Assembly: GCA_022844165.1 (NCBI GenBank)
Contig: JALHMH010000014.1
Coordinates: 32,001-96,000, forward strand
Source of the DNA: Lysobacterales bacterium
GTDB taxonomy: Bacteria > Pseudomonadota > Gammaproteobacteria > Xanthomonadales > SZUA-5
DNA: 64,000 bases
Direction of reading: 5' to 3'
Shown: positions 41,621 through 50,407 of the stretch, one piece after another
How the letters are laid out: the number at the start of each line of letters is the position of its first letter
Numbering within the stretch: position 1 is the stretch's first letter
Translations under genes and position numbers: made by a program
The notes under the pieces: model-generated
Seen by the model: the letters and a program-made list of their open reading frames with translations, nothing else
What the model was told of the DNA's origin: nothing
Databases searched by the model: none

Positions 41621-43176
41621 GCGTTCGCCTCTGAAGGCATCAGCGATGAATAGCCATCACATAGCTCAACGATGCGCGCCGTGTCCGGCATGCGGGCAGC
41701 GTAGGCGATTTGAGTCCAGATCCCGATCAAGATCGTCAGGTACGACATCGGCGCCTCACCCAGCATGGGTTTGGCCAGACGTAGCACATCGCCTTCGGTG
41801 GCGCCTTTGCTGATGCGCATCCTGCGGGTGTGCACCAGGTTGGAAAGCGCTCCGCGATAGAGCAAAGAAATCGCCTCGCGATGTTGCCCAGTCGCCAGCA
41901 TTGCGCGAGCCGCGGCAGGCACATCCTCAGGCAAGCTTTGAGGATCGATTGCCAGCCCAAACAACATCGCAGGAGGCGGTTTTGTAACGATCGTTGGTGC
42001 TACGCCGAGCCAATAGCGCAACAACGCATAGAGCAGCGCCACGACGATAGCAGCGATGGCCAGATACGCGATGACCCGGAATAACTCGGCTACCGCATCA
42101 ATGAAGGCCGAGGTCTGAAGGTCATTGTCATTGGTTTCTTCGGCGTCGCTTTCGATGCGCTTCCAGCGGGTGACTTCGCGCTCGCTGCCGAAGTCCGGTT
42201 CGGACAAGATCCTGTGCGCTTCACGACGGATCGGCGTGTCGACCGCTTCATAAGGCGCATCGGCACATTCATCGTCCGCAGCGCAGGGAGGTTTGTCTCG
42301 ATCGCTTTCGCTGGCATCGAGCCGCATTGATCCGGCGCTTTCAGTCTCCGGCATCGCTTCGGCGTCTTGCGCCAACGCCGGCGCGACATGCCACGTCAGC
42401 GAAAACGCTACAAGCATCGCCAAAGTCGGCGCATAGCGTGCGGCAAGACGCTTTAGTGCAAGTTCGATGTCCCAGGCCTCGAGCATCACACGACGATTCA
42501 GGTAAAGCGCAAATCCGCCCGCCACATAAAACGGCTCAATCAAGCTAATGGCGACGAAGTAAAAGAGCGTGTCGATCAGCCCCCACCGCTCGAACGTATC
42601 CCACCAGGGCCGCGTGTCGTCCGCCACGGTCGCACCCCACTGAACGTCGGTTTCGAAGAGCATCGCTAAACCGTGCAAACCGTACATCACCACCCACTCG
42701 AAGTGGATACAGACGATCGTCAAGCCGATTGCAAACCCTCCGGCGCGCAGGCCCAACAACTTGCGCCGCGCTCGGGCGGGTGGGCCGCGCTGTCCCTCAA
42801 GGGCCACGACAGGCAAATTAAACGAACGCGAAAAATCGATGAAACGTGTCAGCAGAGACCAAATCAGTCCACTGGCCAGGATTTGCCTGGATGCTCCCAG
42901 AGTGTCGCGCAATGTGGGCGTTGCGCCGAATACGGCGCGCGACAGAACAAACAGCAGGTATCGATCGTAGAGCGGTTTAAGCCACCATACGAGCACAGCG
43001 GCAATGATCGGTTGTTCGTAAAAGGCGAGTGTGAGTGCGCCAGCGACAGGCAAAAACACAGCGAACCACGCCGACCAGAGCGGCCGTGCCCAGCGCATGG
43101 CCATACGAAAACCCAGATCGACGGCTTCCCAGCCCTGCCGTGAGCGCAAAACCAGCGCGATCTTCTCAAGCTCCAC
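41617..43176 (-). CDS. DUF4129-containing membrane protein
   Basis: LRSRQGWEAVDLG, WWLKP, LYLNRRVMLEAWDIEL, C-terminal REAISLLYRGAL...ATEGD...W..IAYA. Confidence 0.8.
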   Translation of the reverse strand: MELEKIALVLRSRQGWEAVDLGFRMAMRWARPLWSAWFAVFLPVAGALTLAFYEQPIIAAVLVWWLKPLYDRYLLFVLSRAVFGATPTLRDTLGASRQILASGLIWSLLTRFIDFSRSFNLPVVALEGQRGPPARARRKLLGLRAGGFAIGLTIVCIHFEWVVMYGLHGLAMLFETDVQWGATVADDTRPWWDTFERWGLIDTLFYFVAISLIEPFYVAGGFALYLNRRVMLEAWDIELALKRLAARYAPTLAMLVAFSLTWHVAPALAQDAEAMPETESAGSMRLDASESDRDKPPCAADDECADAPYEAVDTPIRREAHRILSEPDFGSEREVTRWKRIESDAEETNDNDLQTSAFIDAVAELFRVIAYLAIAAIVVALLYALLRYWLGVAPTIVTKPPPAMLFGLAIDPQSLPEDVPAAARAMLATGQHREAISLLYRGALSNLVHTRRMRISKGATEGDVLRLAKPMLGEAPMSYLTILIGIWTQIAYAARMPDTARIVELCDGYSSLMPSEANA

Positions 43177-44137
43177 GCGTGCGCCCCGCGAAGCAGAAGT
43201 ACCCCAGCAGCACTAACCACATACCGATACCGACGCCGTACTTGATCTCGCGCGGATCAATGATCAGCGGCGAGAAGAATCCTTCGATCACAGCGGCAGC
43301 GAAAAACATCAGAGCTGCGCCGCCGATCAACCGAAATGCGATGCGGCCTTCCTCCACCAGTGCCAGCTTGCGCGACCGCAGGCCCGGCGCGATTAGCGCA
43401 GTGGCCAGCTTGAAGCCTGCCGCCCCCGAAATGGCGATGGCGAGCAGCTCGAGCGCACTGTGAGCAGCTACGAACGACCATATTTGCGGACCTAAGCCCA
43501 CCTGGTGAAGATGACCCAGGATCGCGCCGATATAGACCCCATTGAACAACAGAAAAAACAAGGTGCCGATGCCATAGAGAATTCCACCTGCGAAGGTCTG
43601 GAATCCGATCCGGGTATTGTTCCATACGTAGTACGCGAACATCTCGGTGTTGGTCGACGCCGGACGTTGGCCCAGACGTTCGTTCTCCGGGTCATACATC
43701 GTCTGCATTTGCGCCAGGTCTTGCGGGGCGATCACGACACTGGCAAAGTCTGGCCAGATCTGGATCGCCATCAGCAGCGCGAGCAATGGGCCAAAAAACA
43801 ACAGGCTCGCCAGCCACACCACTCGCCACTCGGCCCGCACTTCGCGGGCAAAACCACTCAGAAGGAACGCCAAAAAACCTTCACGATTCGGCGCTGGCGC
43901 CGCGTAAAGAACGTGGTGTCCGGCCAGAACCAGCTGATGCAGGCGTTCGGTCAGCTGCGGGCTGTAGCGACGTTCGCGTGCCAGTGCTAACTGGTGACAA
44001 ACGTTGCGATACAGCCAAGGCACAGCCGAAACCGGCGGACGATCTTTGATGGTCTTGTTGCCATTGTGCACCGCGATCCATTGATCCAGCGCTGCCCACT
44101 GTTCGCCGAAGCGGCGTTCAAATTCAATCTGCCGCAT
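43166..44137 (-). CDS. Stage II sporulation protein M (SpoIIM/DUF95) family membrane protein
   Basis: YRNVCHQLALA, YVWNNTRI, LLFNG, FVAAHSALEL, AAVIEGFFSP. Confidence 0.88.
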   Translation of the reverse strand: MRQIEFERRFGEQWAALDQWIAVHNGNKTIKDRPPVSAVPWLYRNVCHQLALARERRYSPQLTERLHQLVLAGHHVLYAAPAPNREGFLAFLLSGFAREVRAEWRVVWLASLLFFGPLLALLMAIQIWPDFASVVIAPQDLAQMQTMYDPENERLGQRPASTNTEMFAYYVWNNTRIGFQTFAGGILYGIGTLFFLLFNGVYIGAILGHLHQVGLGPQIWSFVAAHSALELLAIAISGAAGFKLATALIAPGLRSRKLALVEEGRIAFRLIGGAALMFFAAAVIEGFFSPLIIDPREIKYGVGIGMWLVLLGYFCFAGRTRGA

Positions 44138-44858
44138 GGCCCACCAGGTAATTCGCGTATTGCGTCAATTGCTGCACCGGCGGCGTATTGTCGCGAAGTA
44201 GCGGCGTCACAAGCGATGCCAGTTCTTCAGCGCGAGCTGGACCCAGCGCCGCCGCGCGCTCGGCAAAGTCGAGCACCGTTCGCGCTTCTTCGGGCTTCAA
44301 TGCGATCGGCGGGCGTAAAGGTTCCATGGTTGGTATCTGACGGGCTACCGTTGCCGGATCGGCATAGACGACCAAAGTCCCTGCAACGAAGTCGCCGAGC
44401 CGTTTAAATTGACGGTTGCACAACATCGCGGTCAAACCGCCAAAGTAAAAGAGCGGCAGGAAATCTGCGAATCGGAGCAAATTCCGGGTCAGCGCGGGAC
44501 CCAAGGTGCAAGGCGCGCCATCGTCGCGCACGACCATCAGCCCCATTGCGCGTTTGCCCGGCGTGGCGCCACGGGAGCGCGATTCGAAGTACGCCGGCAC
44601 CAACCATTCGAGCGCGAACCAGGACAGCAAAAACACGGCGGTACCAACCTCACCCAAAACCGAAGCGACGAAGGCCAGTACCAACAATGCAGCCAATCGC
44701 CAAGCCAGGTCGATGAGCCACGCCAATGCCCGCGGCACAGGGCCGGCTACCCGGAGATTGAGTTCGACACCTTCCGGCGTAGCAACGTGGTGTGAGGTGT
44801 CAAGAGGGGCGGAGAGTGAACGCACTTGGGAGTTGAAGGTTGGAGCCAAAGGGGTCAA
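44124..44858 (-). CDS. RDD family membrane protein
   Basis: VATPEGV...AGPVPRALAWLID, GATPGKRAMGL, RNLLRFAD, KRLGDFVAGTLVV; start uncertain. Confidence 0.9.
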   Translation of the reverse strand: MTPLAPTFNSQVRSLSAPLDTSHHVATPEGVELNLRVAGPVPRALAWLIDLAWRLAALLVLAFVASVLGEVGTAVFLLSWFALEWLVPAYFESRSRGATPGKRAMGLMVVRDDGAPCTLGPALTRNLLRFADFLPLFYFGGLTAMLCNRQFKRLGDFVAGTLVVYADPATVARQIPTMEPLRPPIALKPEEARTVLDFAERAAALGPARAEELASLVTPLLRDNTPPVQQLTQYANYLVGHAAD

Positions 44859-44922
44859 AGGGCGACGCGGTTCGGAGCGTTGTCATAGCGCGACGTCCGA
44901 TTTTTGGTCACAAACGCTCACA

Positions 44923-45387
44923 TCAATTGAGGGTCACTTTGGTCGGCGATTCCATTTGTACCGGCTGGGGAGGTAGGTCCAGGGGGATGCGTATATTGGC
45001 CAAGCCGAGCATATCGAGCAGGCTTTGGGCACGAGAGGCAAGGGTCGGGAACAACTGACGCGCGAACACTGTGTGATTGGCCGTGAACTCATCGAGCGGT
45101 ATTTGGCCAAGCACGACTTGACGATAGAACGCGTAGGCCTTCAGCTCGATCTCAAACAGTCTGGCAGGTGATTTGGTTTTTGCTGCCGTGCCGGTGCACA
45201 ACAATCGGACACGAAGGGCAAATTGGTATTGAGGATTACCCTCAACTCCGCTGGGCGTCAGTTGTAGTTCCACGTGGGCATGGCTTTCGAGTTCGCGCAG
45301 GCGTAGATCATCCGGCACCTCGGCTCGTACACCGAGCATCAGAAGCGATTCGAGTTGTAACGAGTGATAAAGATCTAAAGGGGTCAT
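44923..45387 (-). CDS. Hypothetical protein, possible divergent SecB-like chaperone
   Basis: 154 aa; beta-strand pattern followed by ARQLFPTLASRAQSLLDMLGL..IPLDLP; ATGA overlap with the glycosylase stop. Confidence 0.5.
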   Translation of the reverse strand: MTPLDLYHSLQLESLLMLGVRAEVPDDLRLRELESHAHVELQLTPSGVEGNPQYQFALRVRLLCTGTAAKTKSPARLFEIELKAYAFYRQVVLGQIPLDEFTANHTVFARQLFPTLASRAQSLLDMLGLANIRIPLDLPPQPVQMESPTKVTLN

Positions 45388-46007
45388 TCTTTGGCGCGCA
45401 CCACATCGACGATACGCCAAAGATACAGACTTGCGAGCGTTCGAAACGGCGCCCAGCGTTCGCCGTAGTCGGCCAGGTAGCGGGCGTTCGGCAACTCAGG
45501 AGAGCCAAACAGGTACTGAGCGCCCGCGCGAATCCCAAAATCGGTCACCGGTAAAATGTCCGGCCGAGCGAGGCGAAACATCAAGATCATCTGCACGGTC
45601 CAGGGCCCTATGCCACGCACGGCGCAAATCGCTTCGATCGCTGCTTCGTTGTCGAGTTGCTGCAAGCTCGCCAATGAAGGCAACGCACGCGACTTGGCGG
45701 CGAGATCTTTCAGCGCTCGACTTTTCGCGCCGGAAACCCCGCACGCGCGCAATCTCGCCTCATCGACTGCCTTTAAGCGACCTGCACTGATGCGTTTGGA
45801 TCCCAGCGCGGCCTCGACGCGCTCGACAATGATGGCAGCCGCCTTGCCACTTAGCTGTTGGTGCAGTATCGAGCGTGCCAGCGCGTCGACGAGGCCAAAA
45901 GGCTTGAGTTGCGGCAGATCAAGATCGCCGACCCGGTCCATCCAGCGAGCAAGATTCAGGTCGGCGGCCCGCAGGTGTTGTCGGGCCGCCTCCGACTCTG
46001 AACTCAC
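45384..46007 (-). CDS. DNA-3-methyladenine glycosylase II (AlkA/HhH-GPD family)
   Basis: LARSILHQQLSGKAA, HhH motif VRGIGPWT, RPDILPVTDFGIR, WAPFRT..SLYLW; GTGA overlap with the pilU stop. Confidence 0.9.
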   Translation of the reverse strand: MSSESEAARQHLRAADLNLARWMDRVGDLDLPQLKPFGLVDALARSILHQQLSGKAAAIIVERVEAALGSKRISAGRLKAVDEARLRACGVSGAKSRALKDLAAKSRALPSLASLQQLDNEAAIEAICAVRGIGPWTVQMILMFRLARPDILPVTDFGIRAGAQYLFGSPELPNARYLADYGERWAPFRTLASLYLWRIVDVVRAKE

Positions 46008-47128
46008 CGTTCGATCAGTTCCACGCCCTCCATGCCGGCACTCAGCGTGTGTGCATCGCCGCCCTGGGCCAGTTTGATACGCAAGCGAACTTCGTTCGAC
46101 GAGTCGGCATGGCGCAGTGCATCCTCGTAGGAAATTTCGCCGGCCTGATACAGTTCGAACAAAGATTGATCGAAAGTGCGCATGCCAAGATTCGTGGATT
46201 CCTTCATCACGTCCTTGATCTTGTGCACTTCGCCCTGGCGGATGTAGTCCTGTACCAACGGCGTGCCGAGCAGAACTTCCATGGCCACCCGCCGACCTTT
46301 GCCATCGGGTGTTGGGATTAATTGCTGCGCAACGATGCCCTTCAGGTTCAGCGACAGGTCCATCAGGAGCTGGGGCCGACGGTCTTCTGGGAAGAAGTGC
46401 AGGATGCGATCGATGGCCTGGTTGGCGTTGTTCGCATGCAAGGTGCACAAGCACAAATGGCCGGTTTCCGCGAACGTAATTGCGTGCTCCATGGTCTCAC
46501 GCACACGAACTTCGCCGATCAGAATGACATCGGGTGCCTGGCGCAATGTGTTCTTCAGTGCAATTTCGAACGCGTCGGTATCGATGCCGACCTCGCGCTG
46601 GGTGATGATGCAGCCTTCGTGCTTGTGCACGAATTCGATCGGATCTTCGATGGTGATGATGTGACCGGTCGAATTTTGATTGCGATACCCAAGCATCGCT
46701 GCCAAAGATGTCGATTTTCCTGTACCGGTTGCGCCGACGAAGATGATCAGCCCACGTTTGGTCATCGCCAGCGTTTTCAGAATCGGCGGCAGGTTCAGCT
46801 CATCGATTGTGGGAATCTTCGTCTCAATGCGGCGCAACACCATGCCAACCTGGTTGCGCTGATAAAAACAGCTGACGCGAAATCGCCCCACGCCTTGCAG
46901 GCTGATGGCAAACTGACATTCGTGCGTCTTTTCGAATTCCTCGCGCTGCGAGGGCGTCATGACGCTCAAGACCAAATCGCGGCTTTGTTGTGGCGTCAGC
47001 GTGTTTTGGGTAATCGGCGCAATGCGACCATGAACCTTCATGGACGGCGGTACGCCGGCGGTGATAAACAAGTCAGATGCTTTGCGGTGCACCATCAGCT
47101 TCAAGAATGAATTGAAGTCGATGCTCAT
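46004..47128 (-). CDS. pilU: Type IV pilus retraction ATPase PilU
   Basis: ASDLFITAGVPP, GATGTGKSTSLAAM, TIEDPIEF, LRQAPDVILIGE, TLHANNANQA, DLSLNL (PilU-type signatures). Confidence 0.92.
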   Translation of the reverse strand: MSIDFNSFLKLMVHRKASDLFITAGVPPSMKVHGRIAPITQNTLTPQQSRDLVLSVMTPSQREEFEKTHECQFAISLQGVGRFRVSCFYQRNQVGMVLRRIETKIPTIDELNLPPILKTLAMTKRGLIIFVGATGTGKSTSLAAMLGYRNQNSTGHIITIEDPIEFVHKHEGCIITQREVGIDTDAFEIALKNTLRQAPDVILIGEVRVRETMEHAITFAETGHLCLCTLHANNANQAIDRILHFFPEDRRPQLLMDLSLNLKGIVAQQLIPTPDGKGRRVAMEVLLGTPLVQDYIRQGEVHKIKDVMKESTNLGMRTFDQSLFELYQAGEISYEDALRHADSSNEVRLRIKLAQGGDAHTLSAGMEGVELIER

Positions 47129-47218
47129 GCTGCGCTCCTGTTGGCTTGCTGGTCTTTGCGGCAATGCTACTCCGCGCTTAGCCGGATGTGTGCAGTGAAA
47201 TTGCGACCCAGGCTACGG

Positions 47219-47902
47219 TCAGGTCGATTGCCCCGCATCGAAGCGATAGCCCAAACCACGCACCGTACTGATCAGCGACGGACCGTCGACATCGATCTTT
47301 GATCGTAGTCGGCGAATGTAGACGTCAACGACATTGGTGAGCGGATCTTCGTCTACGCCCCAGACGTTGGCCAAAATTCGCTCGCGACTGAAGAGGCGGC
47401 CGGGGGCACTCATCAACAATTCCAGCAGCGCCAGTTCGCGTGCGGTCAGTGCGATCGCTTCGCCCGCGCGCGTGACTTCCATTCGCTGCCGGTCGAAGCG
47501 GATCGCGCCGACGCTCAATACCGAGCTGCGTTCGACCAGCGCAGGCGGTCGACGCAGGAGTGCTTCGATCCGGGCGAGCAGCTCCTCAAAGGCAAAAGGT
47601 TTGGTCAAATAATCGTCTGCGCCGCAGCGCAGCCCGGCAACGCGATCCTGCACAGTCCCCATGGCGGTCAACATCAACACAGGCGTTGCGATTCGACTCG
47701 CGCGCAGCTGTTGGCAAACTTCCATGCCGCCGATGCCGGGCAACATCACATCGAGCAGGATGAGCGACGGCGGTTCCTGGCGAGCCAGCGCAAGCGCCTC
47801 TTCGCCGGTCCTGAGCGCCACAATGCGGTAGCCCTCAGCGCGCAGGCCTCGCGTGAGAAAATCAGCCACACGGGCATCGTCTTCGACCACCCAGAGGTTC
47901 AT
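47219..47902 (-). CDS. OmpR/PhoB-family response regulator
   Basis: VVEDD, LLDVMLPG, LTA, GADDYLTKPF, wHTH NVVDVYIRRLRSKI..TVRGLGYRF. Confidence 0.95.
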   Translation of the reverse strand: MNLWVVEDDARVADFLTRGLRAEGYRIVALRTGEEALALARQEPPSLILLDVMLPGIGGMEVCQQLRASRIATPVLMLTAMGTVQDRVAGLRCGADDYLTKPFAFEELLARIEALLRRPPALVERSSVLSVGAIRFDRQRMEVTRAGEAIALTARELALLELLMSAPGRLFSRERILANVWGVDEDPLTNVVDVYIRRLRSKIDVDGPSLISTVRGLGYRFDAGQST

Positions 47903-49461
47903 TCGACGTCCGTTTCTAAAGGGAGATGCAACTGTACGCGAAGCCCCTTGGGTGCGCGTGGTGTCAGTTCGATCGAACCGCCATGAGCTTGCAAAATCCT
48001 GTCGGCGATCGATAAACCCAGGCCCGAGCCGCTCGGATGCCTGCCGGAGGCGCTGCCACGAAACTGCGGTACGAAAGCACTCGCAAGATCGCCCTGGCTC
48101 ATGCCGGGTCCATTGTCTTCGACGCAAATCGAGGCGGTTTCGGGCCCGAGGCGCAGCCCAACGTCGACCTTGCCGCCCTCGTCTGTGTAGCGCAGCGCAT
48201 TGTCGATCACCGTGGTTAGCGCCTGTTGCAGGCGCTCGCCATCTGCCATCACCGTGCAGGGAGCCAGGTCCGCGCTCTGGCGCAATTCGATGCCGCGATA
48301 ACGCGCGACGGCCTGCATTTGCTCGACTACTGCGCCGATCATCGCAGGCAAGAGCTGCGGTGCGAGCACGAAGGAATAGTCGTGCGAACCGCTGCGCGCT
48401 GCATCGAGCAGATCTTGCACCCGCGCGGACAGGTCTTTCGCCGCATCGTTGATGCGCCGCAAACTGGATTTGAGTTCGACTGGATCGTCGCCGGCACGTA
48501 GCGCGATATCGGCCTCCCCGCGGATCACCGTCACTGGAGTTCGCAGCTCATGGCTGACTTCTGCAAAAAATTGTCGCCGCTGCCCTTCAACTCGCAACAT
48601 GGCCTCATGTGCGTTCATCACCGAACGCGTGCGCGCTGCGACAAGCTCGTCGAGCGAGCGCTGGACTTCGATATCTCGCGCCTGCGCCAGTTGCAATCGC
48701 GCAGCCATCGAGTCAAGAAGCGCGCCCAGCTGGCCAAACTCGTTGCGCCCGCTCAAGCCACTGCGGGCCTCAAGATCGCCGCGGGCGAAGCGCGAGGCAA
48801 GTTCCGATAAGCGTGCGAACGGTTGCTGTAGATGCGTGACGAAATACCACACGGCAAAGGCACCGAAGAACACCGCCAGAGCGGCCATCGAGATGTTGGC
48901 GACACGAGAGTGCGCCAACGCATCGGCCAGTTGCCGGGATTCGGACTTTGCGCGCTGGCTTTGGCGCTCGATCGCCTCGCGAATGACTTCGCGCATATCC
49001 TGCCCGGCCAGGCGGTCGAAAGCATCCAGAACATCGCGCCAACGGACCGCCGGGTTACCGCTTTGAATCAGCGGAATCGCCTCGCGCACGGCATTGGCCA
49101 TGGTGTCGATGTTGCGTTCCAATGTGGCGATCGTTGGCAGCTCCGGCGACGGCCTGCCATGTACAAGAGAATCGCGATTCGCCAGTGCTCCGAGTTCACG
49201 CAGACTCTCTTCCATGCGACTCACCAGCGTCATGCGCGTTTGTGCTGGTGCGTTTCCGGTCAGCATGGCTTCGGCGAACCACACCTTCAATCGCTGCTTG
49301 TTACCACCCAGAGATTCGTACTCAGCTTCCATGCCTGAAGCGATAGCCTTGCGTTCGGCGAGCTGCGCTGCGGTCGAGGATGCCCACCAGGCGAACAAGC
49401 CCTGGCTCAGTGCCAGGGCACTGAGCAAAGTAAACGCAATCGACAATCTGGTGCGAATCAT
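47899..49461 (-). CDS. Membrane sensor histidine kinase (TM-helical periplasmic domain-TM-HAMP-HisKA-HATPase)
   Basis: H-box SHELRTPVT, N-box IDNALRYT, DNGPG, GSGLGL; HAMP NEFGQLG; overlaps the regulator start. Confidence 0.93.
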   Translation of the reverse strand: MIRTRLSIAFTLLSALALSQGLFAWWASSTAAQLAERKAIASGMEAEYESLGGNKQRLKVWFAEAMLTGNAPAQTRMTLVSRMEESLRELGALANRDSLVHGRPSPELPTIATLERNIDTMANAVREAIPLIQSGNPAVRWRDVLDAFDRLAGQDMREVIREAIERQSQRAKSESRQLADALAHSRVANISMAALAVFFGAFAVWYFVTHLQQPFARLSELASRFARGDLEARSGLSGRNEFGQLGALLDSMAARLQLAQARDIEVQRSLDELVAARTRSVMNAHEAMLRVEGQRRQFFAEVSHELRTPVTVIRGEADIALRAGDDPVELKSSLRRINDAAKDLSARVQDLLDAARSGSHDYSFVLAPQLLPAMIGAVVEQMQAVARYRGIELRQSADLAPCTVMADGERLQQALTTVIDNALRYTDEGGKVDVGLRLGPETASICVEDNGPGMSQGDLASAFVPQFRGSASGRHPSGSGLGLSIADRILQAHGGSIELTPRAPKGLRVQLHLPLETDVE

Positions 49462-49503
49462 GCGGCCATGATGCCAAATGGCACCCGGGACGATCTGGAA
49501 CAA

Positions 49504-50052
49504 TCAATCGGAGAATGGCAAGGAGCTGTGATGGACCACAATTCGCAGCTTACCATCATCGGTTTTCTTGAATTTCCAGGTTTTATCGACGGTGGTCACC
49601 GAACCGTCTTTGTTCGTGATGATGACGTTGCCCATGGTGGAAGCAACGTCGCCATTGATGTGAATGCCGGCATTGACGATCTCGACTTTCGTCCAGCCCT
49701 TCAGAGCGAAACCCGCATCGTTCGGGAAGTCGCTGTCGCCGCCGACGAAATACGCGAGTGCGCCGGCTTTGGTAGTGCGGAACGTCTGCGGTGCCTCAGT
49801 CAGCGTCGGCTTGAACAGCACAGGCCCCAGGTTGTATCCATAGGCTTCATCCAGGACCTTGCTGGCCAGAGTTGCTGCAGCTTTCTGGCCGTCGGACGCA
49901 TAAGTGTTGCTGATAGCGACGAGCGCATCGCCCCATGCCTTTTGCGCCGCAATGACCTCGGTTTCCGTAATGTTTGCGGAGTAAATGGGAGCGTCCTTGG
50001 CCACGGCTGGTGCCGTGACAAGTAGTGCGATGGCGATGTACTTTGAATTCAT
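49504..50052 (-). CDS. Exported iota-class carbonic anhydrase-like protein (COG4337 type, NTF2/SnoaL fold)
   Basis: Signal peptide (AVA-K); ITETEVIAAQKAWGDA, YGY..GPVLFKPT, YFVGG, D.GFALKGW, MGN, LRIVVHHSSLPF. Confidence 0.8.
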   Translation of the reverse strand: MNSKYIAIALLVTAPAVAKDAPIYSANITETEVIAAQKAWGDALVAISNTYASDGQKAAATLASKVLDEAYGYNLGPVLFKPTLTEAPQTFRTTKAGALAYFVGGDSDFPNDAGFALKGWTKVEIVNAGIHINGDVASTMGNVIITNKDGSVTTVDKTWKFKKTDDGKLRIVVHHSSLPFSD

Positions 50053-50105
50053 GAACTTTCTCCTGATGGCGAATGACCTCAGGGGCAGAGTCTGGAGAGC
50101 AGACG

Positions 50106-50177
50106 TGAACGCGAGTCCTGCAGTTCAATGAACACGTGCCCAAGTTTGCGTGAACAGGGGCCGGCATTCTCATGAAC
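50106..50177 (-). promoter_or_regulatory. Four phased GTTCA direct repeats upstream of the carbonic anhydrase-like gene
   Basis: TGAAC on the + strand at 50106, 50129, 50151 and 50173 (spacing 23, 22, 22 bp). Confidence 0.5.
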
Positions 50178-50188
50178 TGAAAATGACA

Positions 50189-50307
50189 AATGGCTAATGG
50201 CTAATGGTTAATGGCTAATGGCTAATGGCTAATGGCTAATGGCTAATGGCTAATGGCTAATGGCTAATGGCTAATGGCTAATGGCTAATGGCTAATGGCT
50301 AATGGCT
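50189..50307. repeat. Heptanucleotide tandem repeat (AATGGCT)17
   Basis: 17 contiguous 7-mers with one variant (AATGGTT at 50203); degenerate AATGACA before and partial AATG after. Confidence 0.97.
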
Positions 50308-50407
50308 AATGAGGACTTGCCTTAGGCCGCCGAGCCCTACTGGCTTCGTTCCACAGCGAATTTTCCGCAGCCCTGCGTTTCGCGCTTGCGTCTGCTCACG
50401 TCGCGCT

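Noticed and set aside
49504-50052. Phosphoribosyl-AMP cyclohydrolase (HisI) label sometimes attached to this family
   Set aside because: No HisI DCDxD/CH motifs (the protein has no Cys), and it has a signal peptide
50189-50307. Tandem array as a CRISPR
   Set aside because: The 7-bp units are contiguous with no spacers, and there are no cas genes in the window
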